Notes: generated by a model from the letters alone, not told the origin. Shown: positions 1 to 9,984, numbered from the stretch's first letter. The stretch is DNA of 64,000 nt from Clostridium thermosuccinogenes (GCF_002896855.1 NZ_CP021850.1:209665-273664); one strand, 5' to 3'. Numbers and translations are program-made.

Positions 1-99
1 GGAAAACCACCCGTGAGAAAGGACAATATGTTGCCATATATGGCATGAATTGAAGCCGGGCACGGATAAAATAATCAAAAAGACGATGAGGTAGAAAAG

Positions 100-1131
100 A
101 TGAGCGATATGAAGGAAAAAGTGCTGCAGGCGCTTAAAGAGAATACTCAGGAATATGTATCCGGGGAAGCTTTGAGTGAGTTAATGGGTGTTTCGCGGAC
201 TGCCGTATGGAAGTATATCAGTGAACTGAAAAAGGAAGGATATGTTATCGAATCTTCACCCAAAAAGGGATACAGAATAATGCCGGTTTACGATATGCTT
301 AATGAGTACGAAATCCGCTGGGGCTTGAAAACCAAAATAATAGGAAGAGATATACGGTACTTTAACGAGATAGATTCTACTAACAATTATGCGAAAAAAA
401 TTGCGTATGAAGGATGCGATGAAGGCACGGTGGTAGTGGCTGACTGTCAGACGGCCGGAAGGGGAAGGCTTGGCCGTGCCTGGGACTCCGCAGGCGGCAA
501 GGGAATATGGATGTCTGTTGTTTTAAAACCATCCATCGCTCCTGAAAATGTGCAGATCATCACCCTGGCGGCTTCCGTTGCTGTTGCCAGGGCTATTGCC
601 GGGACATGCGGAATACGCACCGGAATAAAGTGGCCTAATGATATTGTGCTGGACGGAAAGAAGGTTTGCGGTATCCTGACGGAGATGAACTCCGAAATGG
701 AACGGGTAAATTTCCTCGTACTCGGCATAGGAATAAATGTAAACCATGAGGAGGGTGATTTCCCCGATGAAATCAAGGATAGAGCCACTTCATTAAAATG
801 CTATGCCGATTCCGGCAGGGAGGCTTCAAAAAAGGAAGGGCATGGAAGCGTTTTTCCCAGAAGTCAAATAATAGGGAGAATACTGTTGGAACTTGAGGAG
901 ATGTATAGTAAAATAAATAAAGGCTTTACGGATGAGATTATAGATGAGTGGAGGAGCTATTCAGCTACTTTAGGCCGAAAGGTTAAAATTACAGGCAGAG
1001 ACGGCGAATATGAGGGAACAGCAAAAGATGTCACCAGAGACGGCAAACTGGTGGTGGACTGTACCGACGGCATAACACGGGAGGTTGTATCAGGAGAAGT
1101 GTCGGTAAGAGGTTTGATGGGCTATGTATGA
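100..1131 (+). CDS. birA: bifunctional biotin-[acetyl-CoA-carboxylase] ligase / biotin operon repressor BirA
   Basis: 343 aa; N-terminal HTH (SRTAVWKYISELKKEGY), biotin protein ligase core with GRGRLGRAW motif, C-terminal BirA domain. Confidence 0.9.
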   Translation: MSDMKEKVLQALKENTQEYVSGEALSELMGVSRTAVWKYISELKKEGYVIESSPKKGYRIMPVYDMLNEYEIRWGLKTKIIGRDIRYFNEIDSTNNYAKKIAYEGCDEGTVVVADCQTAGRGRLGRAWDSAGGKGIWMSVVLKPSIAPENVQIITLAASVAVARAIAGTCGIRTGIKWPNDIVLDGKKVCGILTEMNSEMERVNFLVLGIGINVNHEEGDFPDEIKDRATSLKCYADSGREASKKEGHGSVFPRSQIIGRILLELEEMYSKINKGFTDEIIDEWRSYSATLGRKVKITGRDGEYEGTAKDVTRDGKLVVDCTDGITREVVSGEVSVRGLMGYV

Positions 1132-1263
1132 TTTCGCCGGATAGTTTGGTTTTGTTATTGTAGTATTTATTGAGGTAAAGATTCCATAAATGTGTGTTGC
1201 GATGGGGAGCAATCGCTCCCGTTGTCATAAAAACAGTTAGCGCTCTACAAAGGGGGAGAAGTA

Positions 1264-1641
1264 GTGAACAACCAAAAGGAAGAAATTCAGAACAAAGAAG
1301 TTCAGAGCAAAAAGGAAGATACGAGGAGCAGGAAGGAAGATTTCCAGAAAAGGCACAAGAGCCGTGTTAACAATTTGCAGACGCTGCAGGGAGGCAATCA
1401 GCCGCGAAAGAACGGATCGGAGCAGCCGACTAACAGGGAACGCAGTTTTGGCAAAAACCATACAAGGGACAATGCTTACCCTGGAAGGAACAACCACCAA
1501 TACCAGGCCCCTCCGGCAAAACATACGGCTAAAGCCAAAGCTGTGGAGACAATTGACGATATAAGGATGGATATTGGGCGTATAGAGAAGGAAATAGAAC
1601 TGGAGATAAAAGAAATAAGGAGTCTGAGGCTTGGGATATAA
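1264..1641 (+). CDS. hypothetical basic (K/R/E/Q-rich) protein with C-terminal coiled-coil-like segment
   Basis: GTG start preceded by AAGGGGGAG Shine-Dalgarno; 125 aa low-complexity basic protein; preferred over the overlapping minus-strand ORF 1237..1524 because of the RBS. Confidence 0.4.
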   Translation: MNNQKEEIQNKEVQSKKEDTRSRKEDFQKRHKSRVNNLQTLQGGNQPRKNGSEQPTNRERSFGKNHTRDNAYPGRNNHQYQAPPAKHTAKAKAVETIDDIRMDIGRIEKEIELEIKEIRSLRLGI

Positions 1642-1823
1642 CGAGGCTAAAGATATCCTTACCTCTTATAGGTGGCGGGTACCTGATTTCACAATAGACG
1701 GTGAGTTAGAATCTCCCGCCTTGTTGAAACGGTGTGTTGAAATTGCTGCGCAATTTCTTCCGTTGCTTTAGGTAAACATACGATAAGACAGATTTATTTC
1801 GCGCAGGCGGAGTTGAGGTAGAT

Positions 1824-2600
1824 ATGATTCTTGGAATAGACGTAGGAAATACAAATATTGCCCTGGGAGTTTATCAAGGCCGCAAGCTGCTTCATCACTG
1901 GAGATTTGCTGCCGACAGGAATAGAACTTCCGATGAGATCGGCATGATGATGATAAGCCTGTTCAATATCGCTAAACTTGACTATGAACAGATAGAGGCT
2001 GTAATCATAGCATCCGTTGTGCCTCCGATGATGTATTCCCTGGAGCATGCCATAAGGAAATACCTTAAAAAGAAGGCGATGGTGGTCGGACCGGGCACTA
2101 AAACCGGCATAAACATCAAATATGAAAATCCAAGAGAAGTCGGAGCCGACAAGATTGCCAATGCTGTCGCCGTCTATGAATTATATGGCGGACCGGCTAT
2201 AATTGTTGATTTTGGCACGGCAACCACCTTCTGTGCATTGTCTTCAAAAGGGGAATATCTTGGCGGAGTCATCTGTCCGGGCATAAAGATTTCATCGGAG
2301 GCCCTTTTCCAGAAGGCTGCAAAATTGACGAAAATAGAGCTTGTTAAGCCGGAAAGCGTTTTGGGGCGCAACATCGTAAGCAGCATGCAGTCGGGAATCT
2401 ACTATGGTTATGTGGGACAGGTGGACTACATAGTTGAAAAGCTGAAAGCGGAATTAAATGAAGATAACATCAAGGTGATAGCTACAGGAGGCATGGCCAG
2501 GCTTATCGCCGGCGAGTCCAGGACCATAGATGAAGTAAATGGCTTCCTTACGCTGGAGGGATTAAGGATTATCTATGAAAGAAACCGGGAGAGGTATTAG
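1824..2600 (+). CDS. coaX: type III pantothenate kinase
   Basis: 258 aa; N-terminal [22 protein letters not shown]-fold motif typical of CoaX. Confidence 0.9.
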   Translation: MILGIDVGNTNIALGVYQGRKLLHHWRFAADRNRTSDEIGMMMISLFNIAKLDYEQIEAVIIASVVPPMMYSLEHAIRKYLKKKAMVVGPGTKTGINIKYENPREVGADKIANAVAVYELYGGPAIIVDFGTATTFCALSSKGEYLGGVICPGIKISSEALFQKAAKLTKIELVKPESVLGRNIVSSMQSGIYYGYVGQVDYIVEKLKAELNEDNIKVIATGGMARLIAGESRTIDEVNGFLTLEGLRIIYERNRERY

Positions 2601-2642
2601 TTAACCGATTATCTGTATGCCGGATTTTGAATAAAATATTGC

Positions 2643-2670
2643 TTGAAATCCTCAATTGTTATGCTATAAT
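2643..2670 (+). promoter_or_regulatory. sigma-A type promoter upstream of the malic enzyme gene
   Basis: TTGAAA then a 16-nt spacer then TGC-TATAAT (extended -10) about 120 nt upstream of the start codon. Confidence 0.5.
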
Positions 2671-2790
2671 AACATTGTGTTTTTTTTGACAATTAAGATT
2701 TCCTATATAGATCTTAATAACCAACCATTAAATAACTGTTAGAAAGCCTGATTTTAAAAGGCCTTCACAGAACAACAGGAGGATTTGATT

Positions 2791-3963
2791 ATGGATATTC
2801 GTGAAGAATCACTAAAATGTCATGGCGAATGGAAGGGCAAAATTGAAGTTATAAGCAAGGTTCCCGTTGAGAATAAAAGGGACCTCTCTTTAGCATATAC
2901 GCCTGGAGTTGCGGAGCCATGTCTTGCGATAAGCAAGGATGTAAACCGTTCTTATGAACTGACAAGAAGATGGAACCTCGTAGCTGTTGTTACCGATGGT
3001 ACCGCAGTTTTAGGGCTGGGAGATATAGGCCCGGAAGCAGGAATGCCTGTCATGGAAGGAAAATGCGTTCTTTTTAAGAGCTTCGGCGATGTTGACGCTT
3101 TCCCTCTGTGCATCAAGTCAAAGGATGTAGATGAAATCGTCAAAACTGTAAAGCTTATCTCAGGAAGCTTTGGTGGAGTAAACCTGGAGGATATCTCAGC
3201 TCCAAGGTGCTTTGAAATCGAAAAAAGGCTGAAAGAAGAATGTGATATTCCGATTTTCCATGATGACCAGCATGGTACAGCGGTAGTTACCCTGGCTGCG
3301 ATGCTCAACGCATTGAAGCTGGCTAAAAAGAATATTGAAGATATAGAAGTTGTGGTTAATGGCTCCGGTGCTGCCGGTATAGCTATCACAAAGCTGCTCA
3401 TGTCCATGGGGCTCAAGAAAGTCATCCTTTGCGACACCAAGGGCGCAATTTATGAGGGTAGGGAAGGTCTTAACCCCATAAAGGAAGAGATGGCCAAGAT
3501 ATCCAACCTGGAAAAGAAAAAAGGAACACTGAAGGATGTTATTGTTGGTGCTGATGTATTCATCGGAGTTTCTGGTCCTGGAGTGCTCACAAAGGAAATG
3601 GTTAAGTCGATGGCAAAGGATCCTATGATATTTGCAATGGCTAACCCGGTTCCTGAAATAATGCCGGATGAAGCTAAGGAAGCCGGTGCTCTGGTGGTTG
3701 GTACAGGCCGCTCCGACTTTGCAAATCAGATAAACAACGTGCTGGCATTCCCTGGAATATTCAGAGGAGCTTTGGATGTAAGGGCCAGCGATATAAATGA
3801 TGAGATGAAGATAGCGGCTGCAAAAGCTATAGCATCCCTCATCTCTGATGAAGAATTGAATCCTGAATATGTAATTCCTGCTCCGTTCGATCCGAGAGTA
3901 GCTAAGGCAGTTGCTGCGGCAGTTGCACAGGCAGCAAGGGATACAGGCGTTGCAAGGATATAA
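2791..3963 (+). CDS. NAD(P)-dependent malic enzyme (oxaloacetate-decarboxylating malate dehydrogenase)
   Basis: malic enzyme N-terminal and NAD-binding domains (LSLAYTPGVAEPC, VVNGSGAAGIA); ATG at 2791 is 9 nt after the CAGGAGGA SD, so it is preferred over the TTG at 2785 given in the ORF track. Confidence 0.9.
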   Translation: MDIREESLKCHGEWKGKIEVISKVPVENKRDLSLAYTPGVAEPCLAISKDVNRSYELTRRWNLVAVVTDGTAVLGLGDIGPEAGMPVMEGKCVLFKSFGDVDAFPLCIKSKDVDEIVKTVKLISGSFGGVNLEDISAPRCFEIEKRLKEECDIPIFHDDQHGTAVVTLAAMLNALKLAKKNIEDIEVVVNGSGAAGIAITKLLMSMGLKKVILCDTKGAIYEGREGLNPIKEEMAKISNLEKKKGTLKDVIVGADVFIGVSGPGVLTKEMVKSMAKDPMIFAMANPVPEIMPDEAKEAGALVVGTGRSDFANQINNVLAFPGIFRGALDVRASDINDEMKIAAAKAIASLISDEELNPEYVIPAPFDPRVAKAVAAAVAQAARDTGVARI

Positions 3964-4092
3964 GGATTAAAATTTTAAATATACATACAAGCTGTATGTA
4001 TAACGTATTAAGCTGACAAAAAAGAACGGCTGATATATAACATGTCATTCAGTTAAATAAAGCGTGTCATAAAGAAGCTTTAATTCCGCAGG

Positions 4093-4134
4093 CAGATGGT
4101 GCAGCCGAAAGCTGTGCCGTCTGTCTGTTTTTTA
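4093..4134 (+). terminator. rho-independent terminator-like hairpin (13-bp stem with G-U pairs, loop CGAAA, U-tract)
   Basis: CAGATGGTGCAGC-cgaaa-GCTGTGCCGTCTG followed by TCTGTTTTTTA; the G-U wobble pairs only work in the plus-strand RNA. Confidence 0.5.
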
Positions 4135-4563
4135 TGGTATTTAGAATCAAAAAATATGAAATGCCAGGGGCTGAATATTGTCTTTTCAGAAGCTGAAAGC
4201 CATCGTTTGATTTACACTGTTAACATGAAAATAAAATGGTATGTTCATTATTGGTCGTTCTTTGCAAGCATAAGTAGTCATGCCAGACAGCCTGGCTTTC
4301 CCCATGAGTTGATAGTTTCTTCCATGATGTGTTAAAATTAAATAAAGAGATGCAAGTCCCATATATGAAGGATGCAAGCCTCATGTATGAAAGGTTGTTT
4401 ATATAACAATATAGTGCAGCATAGGCAGCAAAATAGAAAGTACATTCATCATAAAAACGCAAAATTTTTGGAGGGATAAGACATAAGCAATATAGATAAC
4501 TGGAACATCCCTATTTACAAGGCACTTAAGGAATATGCAGCATCTAGCCCTCTTCCCTTCCAC

Positions 4564-5922
4564 ATGCCGGGACACAAAATGGGCAAGGGCATACCTTCCG
4601 GCTTTGCAGAGTCAATGCCTTTATTTGATGTTACAGAAATTCCGGGAACCGATAACCTTCATTTTCCGGAAGGCCCGATATTAGAGGCACAGAAGCTGGC
4701 AGCCGAAGCGTTCGGTGCAGAAGAGACCTTTTTTCTGGTAAACGGCTCCACTACGGGCATACATGCCATGATTCTTACCATATGCAATCCCGGAGACAAA
4801 CTTATAGTTTCCAGGGACTGCCACAAATCGGTCATAAACGGTATGATGCTGGCCGGAGTGATGCCCGTATATATAAAGCCTCATTTTGACAGCAAATTTG
4901 GAATACCAACGGGGGTGCTGGCCAAAGAGGTGGAAGACGCCATAAGGGACAATCCGGATGCGGTAGGAGTCCTTTTAACAAGACCAAACTATTATGGCGT
5001 CTGCGCAGATATTGAAAGTATCGCGTCGGTGGTTCATGCCTATGGAAAGGTATTGGCTGTGGATGAAGCCCACGGTGCCCATCTGGCTTTTGAGGGAAGC
5101 CTTCCAAAGGCTGCTATGGATGTAGGAGCGGACATTTGCGTGCAAAGCGCCCATAAGACCCTTCCGGCTTTGACCCAGGGCTCATATTTGCATGTGAGGA
5201 AGGATAGGATAGATATCGAAAAATTGAAGTTCTACCTGAGGATGCTGCAGACTTCAAGCCCATCGTATCTCATAATGGCTTCTCTGGATATGGCAAGGGC
5301 ATTGATGCAATATGAAGGATGCCGTATTCTGGGAAGATTAAGGCAGTATGTAGAAAGGTTAAGGCATTCGGTGGACAGGATGCACGGCATAAAAATGCCG
5401 CAAATTACCCATTTTGGCCGGGAAATGGCGCAGGATTGGACCAGAGTGGTGCTGAATGTGGAAGGGCTGGGATGCTCAGGTTTTGAGGCGGAAAGGAAGC
5501 TAAGGGCTGAATATGGCATCCAGGTGGAAATGTCCGACCTGCATAATGTGGTTTGCATAGCTACGGTAGCCGACAGGGAGGAAGATTTTACGAGACTTAT
5601 GGAGGCTCTTGACGGAATGGATAATCAGCTAAGGCAAATTGAGGCAGAATCCGATATAAAAATTAAGAAGCAGCCCGGCATACCGGAGATGAAAATTCCA
5701 CTTAGCCAAATTTCAAGATGTGAAAAGGTTAAAGTGAACTTAAAGGAAGCTTCAGGAAAAATCAGTCTCGACATGCTCACTCCATATCCTCCGGGGATAC
5801 CGGTGGTATGTCCCGGGGAAGTCATCAGCGATGATATTGTGGATTATCTTCTGAGTATTTTGGAATCCGGAGGAACGGTTAACGGACTGGACGGCAACGG
5901 CCGCATAAGTGTGGTTGCTTGA
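4564..5922 (+). CDS. speA: Orn/Lys/Arg decarboxylase family PLP enzyme (SpeA-like arginine decarboxylase); N-terminus probably frameshifted
   Basis: 452 aa with the PLP-dependent decarboxylase major domain; the conserved N-terminal segment (NIPIYKALKEYAASSPLPF) is encoded just upstream in another frame (see findings). Confidence 0.75.
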   Translation: MPGHKMGKGIPSGFAESMPLFDVTEIPGTDNLHFPEGPILEAQKLAAEAFGAEETFFLVNGSTTGIHAMILTICNPGDKLIVSRDCHKSVINGMMLAGVMPVYIKPHFDSKFGIPTGVLAKEVEDAIRDNPDAVGVLLTRPNYYGVCADIESIASVVHAYGKVLAVDEAHGAHLAFEGSLPKAAMDVGADICVQSAHKTLPALTQGSYLHVRKDRIDIEKLKFYLRMLQTSSPSYLIMASLDMARALMQYEGCRILGRLRQYVERLRHSVDRMHGIKMPQITHFGREMAQDWTRVVLNVEGLGCSGFEAERKLRAEYGIQVEMSDLHNVVCIATVADREEDFTRLMEALDGMDNQLRQIEAESDIKIKKQPGIPEMKIPLSQISRCEKVKVNLKEASGKISLDMLTPYPPGIPVVCPGEVISDDIVDYLLSILESGGTVNGLDGNGRISVVA

Positions 5923-6033
5923 GATATGTGGTATAATAATTGGGGTAGAATATGAAAGACAATAGGGGAAGAGACCCGCAAAAATCACCGGAAGCAGTTT
6001 TCCGGGGAAAATGACCGGATATGGAGGTACAGA

Positions 6034-6654
6034 ATGGATCGGGGCATTTTTATAACGGTAGAAGGGACCGACGGTTCGGGTAAGACCACGCAAATCCGCC
6101 TCATGGAAGAATATCTCAGGGAAAAAGGATACGATGTGGTGATCGCCCGGGATCCCGGAGGTACAGATATCAGTGAGAAGATACGAGAGATAATATTGGA
6201 CCCCGGAAACGGAGAAATGGCAAAAGTGACTGAAATGCTGCTGTATGCATCAGCCAGAGCCCAGCTTGTGTCCGAGGTAATAAAGCCTGCAGTAGAGAGC
6301 GGAAAGGTGGTCATCTGCGACAGGTTTGTAGATTCCAGCTATGTATACCAGGGATACGGCCGGGGAATAAGCTTAAAAACCATTGAAGATGTAAACCGGG
6401 TGGCAATGGACGGCGTAATTCCCGATATTACGTTTTTCTTCGATATAAGCCCGGAGATTGCTTTAAAGCGGAGATTTGCTTCCACAGAAGCTGACAGGAT
6501 AGAAAACGAAAAAATGGCCTTTCATATGAAGGTGTATGAAGGGTATAAAAGCCTGGCATCCAGATTTCCCGAAAGAATCAAGACCATAGATGCCACAAGG
6601 GGAGTTATGGAAATCGCGGAAGATGTCAGAAGGTGGCTGGACGAGATAGTTTAG
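6034..6654 (+). CDS. tmk: thymidylate kinase
   Basis: MDRGIFITVEGTDGSGKTTQ P-loop; 206 aa. Confidence 0.95.
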   Translation: MDRGIFITVEGTDGSGKTTQIRLMEEYLREKGYDVVIARDPGGTDISEKIREIILDPGNGEMAKVTEMLLYASARAQLVSEVIKPAVESGKVVICDRFVDSSYVYQGYGRGISLKTIEDVNRVAMDGVIPDITFFFDISPEIALKRRFASTEADRIENEKMAFHMKVYEGYKSLASRFPERIKTIDATRGVMEIAEDVRRWLDEIV

Positions 6655-6797
6655 TTGCCCTCAGAAAACTAACGGGTGGTAATTAACAATTGATTATTTG
6701 CACAATGAGTTAATTAATAATCAAGTACTGATGGATGTCATACATTGGATTTTAACCGATTACCATTAACAATTAATCGGAAGAGGTTTGATAAGAT

Positions 6798-7250
6798 ATG
6801 AAAATTGCGGATATGTTGAACAACCCGACGGGAATTGCATCCGCTCAGGGCAGAGATGACAGGAGAATAAGCGGGAGTAAGGTATCTGAGTTCCAAAGCA
6901 GGCTTTTGAGCATAGAGGAAAAAAACTATGATGAAAAGCTTAGGACTCTTGCCGACCAAATTTTTGCCCAGGGAGAGAAGCTCGGGGAAAGAATAGACAT
7001 AAGAGAGCTTAAAGTGTATAAAAGGCTGGTTTCCGAATTCTTAAGGGAAGCAGTAGGCGGTTCCCATAGATTTTCAAAGGAAAGCTTCCTGGACAGGAGA
7101 GGAAGGTATAAGGTTTTTGCTACAATAAAGAAAATAAACCACGAGCTGGATGAGCTTACAAAGGATGTCCTGAAAGAAGAAAAGGACAACATCAGGATAT
7201 TGCAAAGACTGGATGACATAAGGGGAATGATTTTGGACATTATGATGTAG
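6798..7250 (+). CDS. yaaR: YaaR-like DUF327 family protein
   Basis: 150 aa; sits between tmk and holB as in Bacillus; the sequence matches the DUF327 family. Confidence 0.7.
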   Translation: MKIADMLNNPTGIASAQGRDDRRISGSKVSEFQSRLLSIEEKNYDEKLRTLADQIFAQGEKLGERIDIRELKVYKRLVSEFLREAVGGSHRFSKESFLDRRGRYKVFATIKKINHELDELTKDVLKEEKDNIRILQRLDDIRGMILDIMM

Positions 7251-7336
7251 GGGGCATAACCCCGCTTGAAAGTATTCTGTATGACCAGGGATATTATAAA
7301 AGGGATTCAGCCCTGTAAAAAATATTTTTATATAGC

Positions 7337-7595
7337 TAGGGATATGTCCGGGATGGGAAAGGGACACATTCCTGCATGAGATATCCCAATAAGGTTTGGG
7401 AAATGCCAGAGAAAGGAAAAAAGGACACACCTCCCACAAGATGTACTGCTTTAGGATTTGGGATGTGTCTGTGACAGGAAAAGGGACACGCCCCTACAAG
7501 ATGTGTTCTTTAGGGCTTGGGATGTGTCTGTAATAGGAAAAGGGACACGTCCCTACAAGATGTATTTCTTTAGGGCTTGGGATGTGTCCCTTTAA
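7337..7595. repeat. tandem array of about 4.5 copies of a ~60-bp unit carrying GGGATGTGTC...GGGACACG inverted repeats
   Basis: TTGGGATGTGTCTGTGACAGGAAAAGGGACACGCCCCTACAAGATGTGTTCTTTAGGGC repeats with a 59-60 bp period between the yaaR stop and the holB RBS. Confidence 0.8.
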
Positions 7596-7615
7596 TGAAG
7601 GAAAAAGGTGAAGAG

Positions 7616-8599
7616 ATGGGTTTTGACGATATAATAGGCCAGACGGAGATTGTGAACACTTTAAAAAGAGCTGTAAAGAACGATCATGCAGGACATGCCT
7701 ATGTGTTCAGCGGTCCGGAGGGGATTGGCAAAGGAATGATGGCAGAAGCCTTTGCAAGGCAGCTTCTTTGTCTTGATGCGGATGCCCCGGAACGCTGCGA
7801 AGGGTGCACAGCCTGCAGACTGCTGGATGAAGGTACGAATCCTGATTTCATTGTGATACGACCTAGTGGAAGCAGCATTGGAATAGATGAAATCCGGGGT
7901 ATTCAGAGTGATATCATCATCAAACCGCTGTATTCCAGGCGAAAGGTTTATGTCATAGTCAATGCGGATCTCATGACGGTTCAGGCGCAAAACTGTCTTT
8001 TAAAGATTCTTGAGGAGCCACCCCGTTACGCAGTCATAATTTTAACTGTCTCAAACTATAATGCTTTGCTGGAGACTATTCGTTCAAGAACCATAAGATA
8101 CAATTTCAAAAGGAACAGCATAGAAGAAGTTACCGGCCTGCTGCGGGAGAGATTCGGAAGCAGCCTGAAGGGCATTGACTTTATTGCGGCCTATTCCGGC
8201 GGCATAATAGGTACAGCATTGAAACTGGCTGAATCGGAGGAGTTTATATCCCTCAGGGACAGGACGATAGATATGGTTTTCAGGATTGCAAACTCAGGTC
8301 TTGATGCAATATTTGATATATATGATTTTTTTGATGAAAACAAGGACAATATAAATACGGTGTTGGATATCATGCAGATGGTTTACAGGGATATCATGCT
8401 GCTGAAAACCAACCAAAAGGAAAATATGTTGATTAATTATGATAAAAAGGATATCATATTATCAAATGCTGATGCTTTCACAGTTCAGAAGCTTATACGC
8501 AACATTGAACTGGTAGAGCAGACTTATAGGAATCTTAAATATAATGCAAATTTTCAGCTTTCAATCGAAGCAATGCTTATGAAACTTCAGGAGGATTAG
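7616..8599 (+). CDS. holB: DNA polymerase III subunit delta prime
   Basis: AAA+ clamp-loader fold (FSGPEGIGKGMMAEAFARQLLC, zinc module CEGCTAC); the start moved to ATG 7616 (AAAGGTGAAGAG SD) because the longer ORF runs into the repeat array. Confidence 0.85.
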   Translation: MGFDDIIGQTEIVNTLKRAVKNDHAGHAYVFSGPEGIGKGMMAEAFARQLLCLDADAPERCEGCTACRLLDEGTNPDFIVIRPSGSSIGIDEIRGIQSDIIIKPLYSRRKVYVIVNADLMTVQAQNCLLKILEEPPRYAVIILTVSNYNALLETIRSRTIRYNFKRNSIEEVTGLLRERFGSSLKGIDFIAAYSGGIIGTALKLAESEEFISLRDRTIDMVFRIANSGLDAIFDIYDFFDENKDNINTVLDIMQMVYRDIMLLKTNQKENMLINYDKKDIILSNADAFTVQKLIRNIELVEQTYRNLKYNANFQLSIEAMLMKLQED

Positions 8600-8604
8600 G
8601 ATAG

Positions 8605-9486
8605 ATGGTAAAGGTGGTAGGAGTACGGTTTAAGGAGGCGGGAAAGGTATATTATTTCGATCCGGGAGACCTGGAAATAGAATTGTACTCCAATGTTATA
8701 GTCGAGACAGCGAGGGGAATTGAGTTTGGCCAGGTGGTTGTTGCCAACAGAGAAGTACCGGAGGAAGAAATAGTTGCACCCCTTAAGAAAGTTATACGGA
8801 TAGCTACGGAAGAAGATAAGCAGCATGCTGCCAGAAATGATGAAAAGGAAAAGGAAGCTTTTGAAATATGCCTTCAGAAAATCCGCGCCCACAACCTGGA
8901 TATGAAGCTCATTGATGTGGAGTATACTTTTGACAATAACAAAATATTGTTTTACTTTACTGCCGAAGGAAGGGTCGATTTCAGGGAACTGGTGAAGGAC
9001 CTGGCTTCAGTTTTCAAGACAAGGATAGAACTTCGGCAGATAGGAGTCCGCGATGAGTCAAAAATGATGGGCGGCCTGGGTATTTGCGGAAGGGTGCTTT
9101 GCTGTAAAAGTTTCCTTGGCGAATTTCAGCCTGTCTCAATCAAAATGGCCAAGGAGCAAGGGTTATCCCTCAATCCGGCTAAAATATCCGGGGCATGCGG
9201 AAGGCTTATGTGCTGCCTTAAATACGAGCAGGAAGCTTATGAGGATCTGCTGACCAGGGTTCCGAAGGTAGGAGCTATTGTCGATACCCCGGAGGGACAG
9301 GGAACGGTGGAGGAAGTCAGCCTGTTGAAAGAAGAGGTAAAAGTAAAGCTTGATAAAGTGAACGAAACTGAGCTCAAGATATACAAAGCCAGCGAAGTCA
9401 AGGTAATAAAGGAAGCGTCCGCAACAAATGATGATACTGATGATTTGGACATAGATCTGGAGGACTTGAAAGAACTGGAGGATTAG
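8605..9486 (+). CDS. ricT: PSP1-domain stage 0 sporulation / RicT (YaaT) family protein
   Basis: MVKVVGVRFKEAGKVYYFDPG start typical of YaaT; PSP1 C-terminal domain with cysteine cluster (CGRVLCCKSF, CGRLMCC). Confidence 0.85.
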   Translation: MVKVVGVRFKEAGKVYYFDPGDLEIELYSNVIVETARGIEFGQVVVANREVPEEEIVAPLKKVIRIATEEDKQHAARNDEKEKEAFEICLQKIRAHNLDMKLIDVEYTFDNNKILFYFTAEGRVDFRELVKDLASVFKTRIELRQIGVRDESKMMGGLGICGRVLCCKSFLGEFQPVSIKMAKEQGLSLNPAKISGACGRLMCCLKYEQEAYEDLLTRVPKVGAIVDTPEGQGTVEEVSLLKEEVKVKLDKVNETELKIYKASEVKVIKEASATNDDTDDLDIDLEDLKELED

Positions 9487-9773
9487 CAGGCCTTAAATCT
9501 TAAATATAAAACTTAATAAAGAAGGATGTGTTCCATTTAATTAAGGCTTAAGGAAGGCTTTTCGAACAAACTTCCGGTTATGTTATCCATGCGTATTTGT
9601 CCAAAAAGGGATGCATATCTTTATCAGTTTAGAATTATTTTTGCTTGAAAAGTGTTTCCTTTCTTTAACTTTGGTGGTAGAATAGACTACGGTAATAATA
9701 TCATAAGAAACCATCTTGTGATTAATTATTAATATGCTGATTACCAATATATTTAAGTTGGGAGGTGCTAATA

Positions 9774-9944
9774 ATGGCATATTTTATAACTGACGATTGC
9801 ATCAGCTGCGGCGCTTGCGAAGCAGAATGCCCTGTATCATGCATATCAGCAGGAGATTCCAAATACGTTATAGATGAAGATGCTTGTATAGAATGTGGCG
9901 CATGCGCAAATGTATGCCCTGTAGATGCTCCACAGCAGAAGTAA
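9774..9944 (+). CDS. 4Fe-4S ferredoxin (2 x CxxCxxCxxxCP)
   Basis: 56-aa ORF below the ORF-track cutoff: MAYFITDDCISCGACEAECP...CIECGACANVCP, with a GGGAGGTG SD 7 nt upstream. Confidence 0.8.
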   Translation: MAYFITDDCISCGACEAECPVSCISAGDSKYVIDEDACIECGACANVCPVDAPQQK

Positions 9945-9984
9945 TTTTGAATAATAAAATGGCCAGGTGAGGTAATTTTCTTGC

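Noticed and set aside
1237-1524. 95-aa minus-strand ORF overlapping the small basic-protein gene
   Set aside because: The plus-strand ORF 1264..1641 has a strong SD and a GTG start. The minus ORF has neither, and its composition mirrors the low-complexity plus-strand codons.
7337-7595. Possible CRISPR array (regularly spaced repeats with GGGACAC motif)
   Set aside because: The entire ~60-bp unit is repeated, with no unique spacers between constant repeats, and no cas genes are nearby, so it is a tandem repeat and not a CRISPR array. The same applies to 21841..22080.
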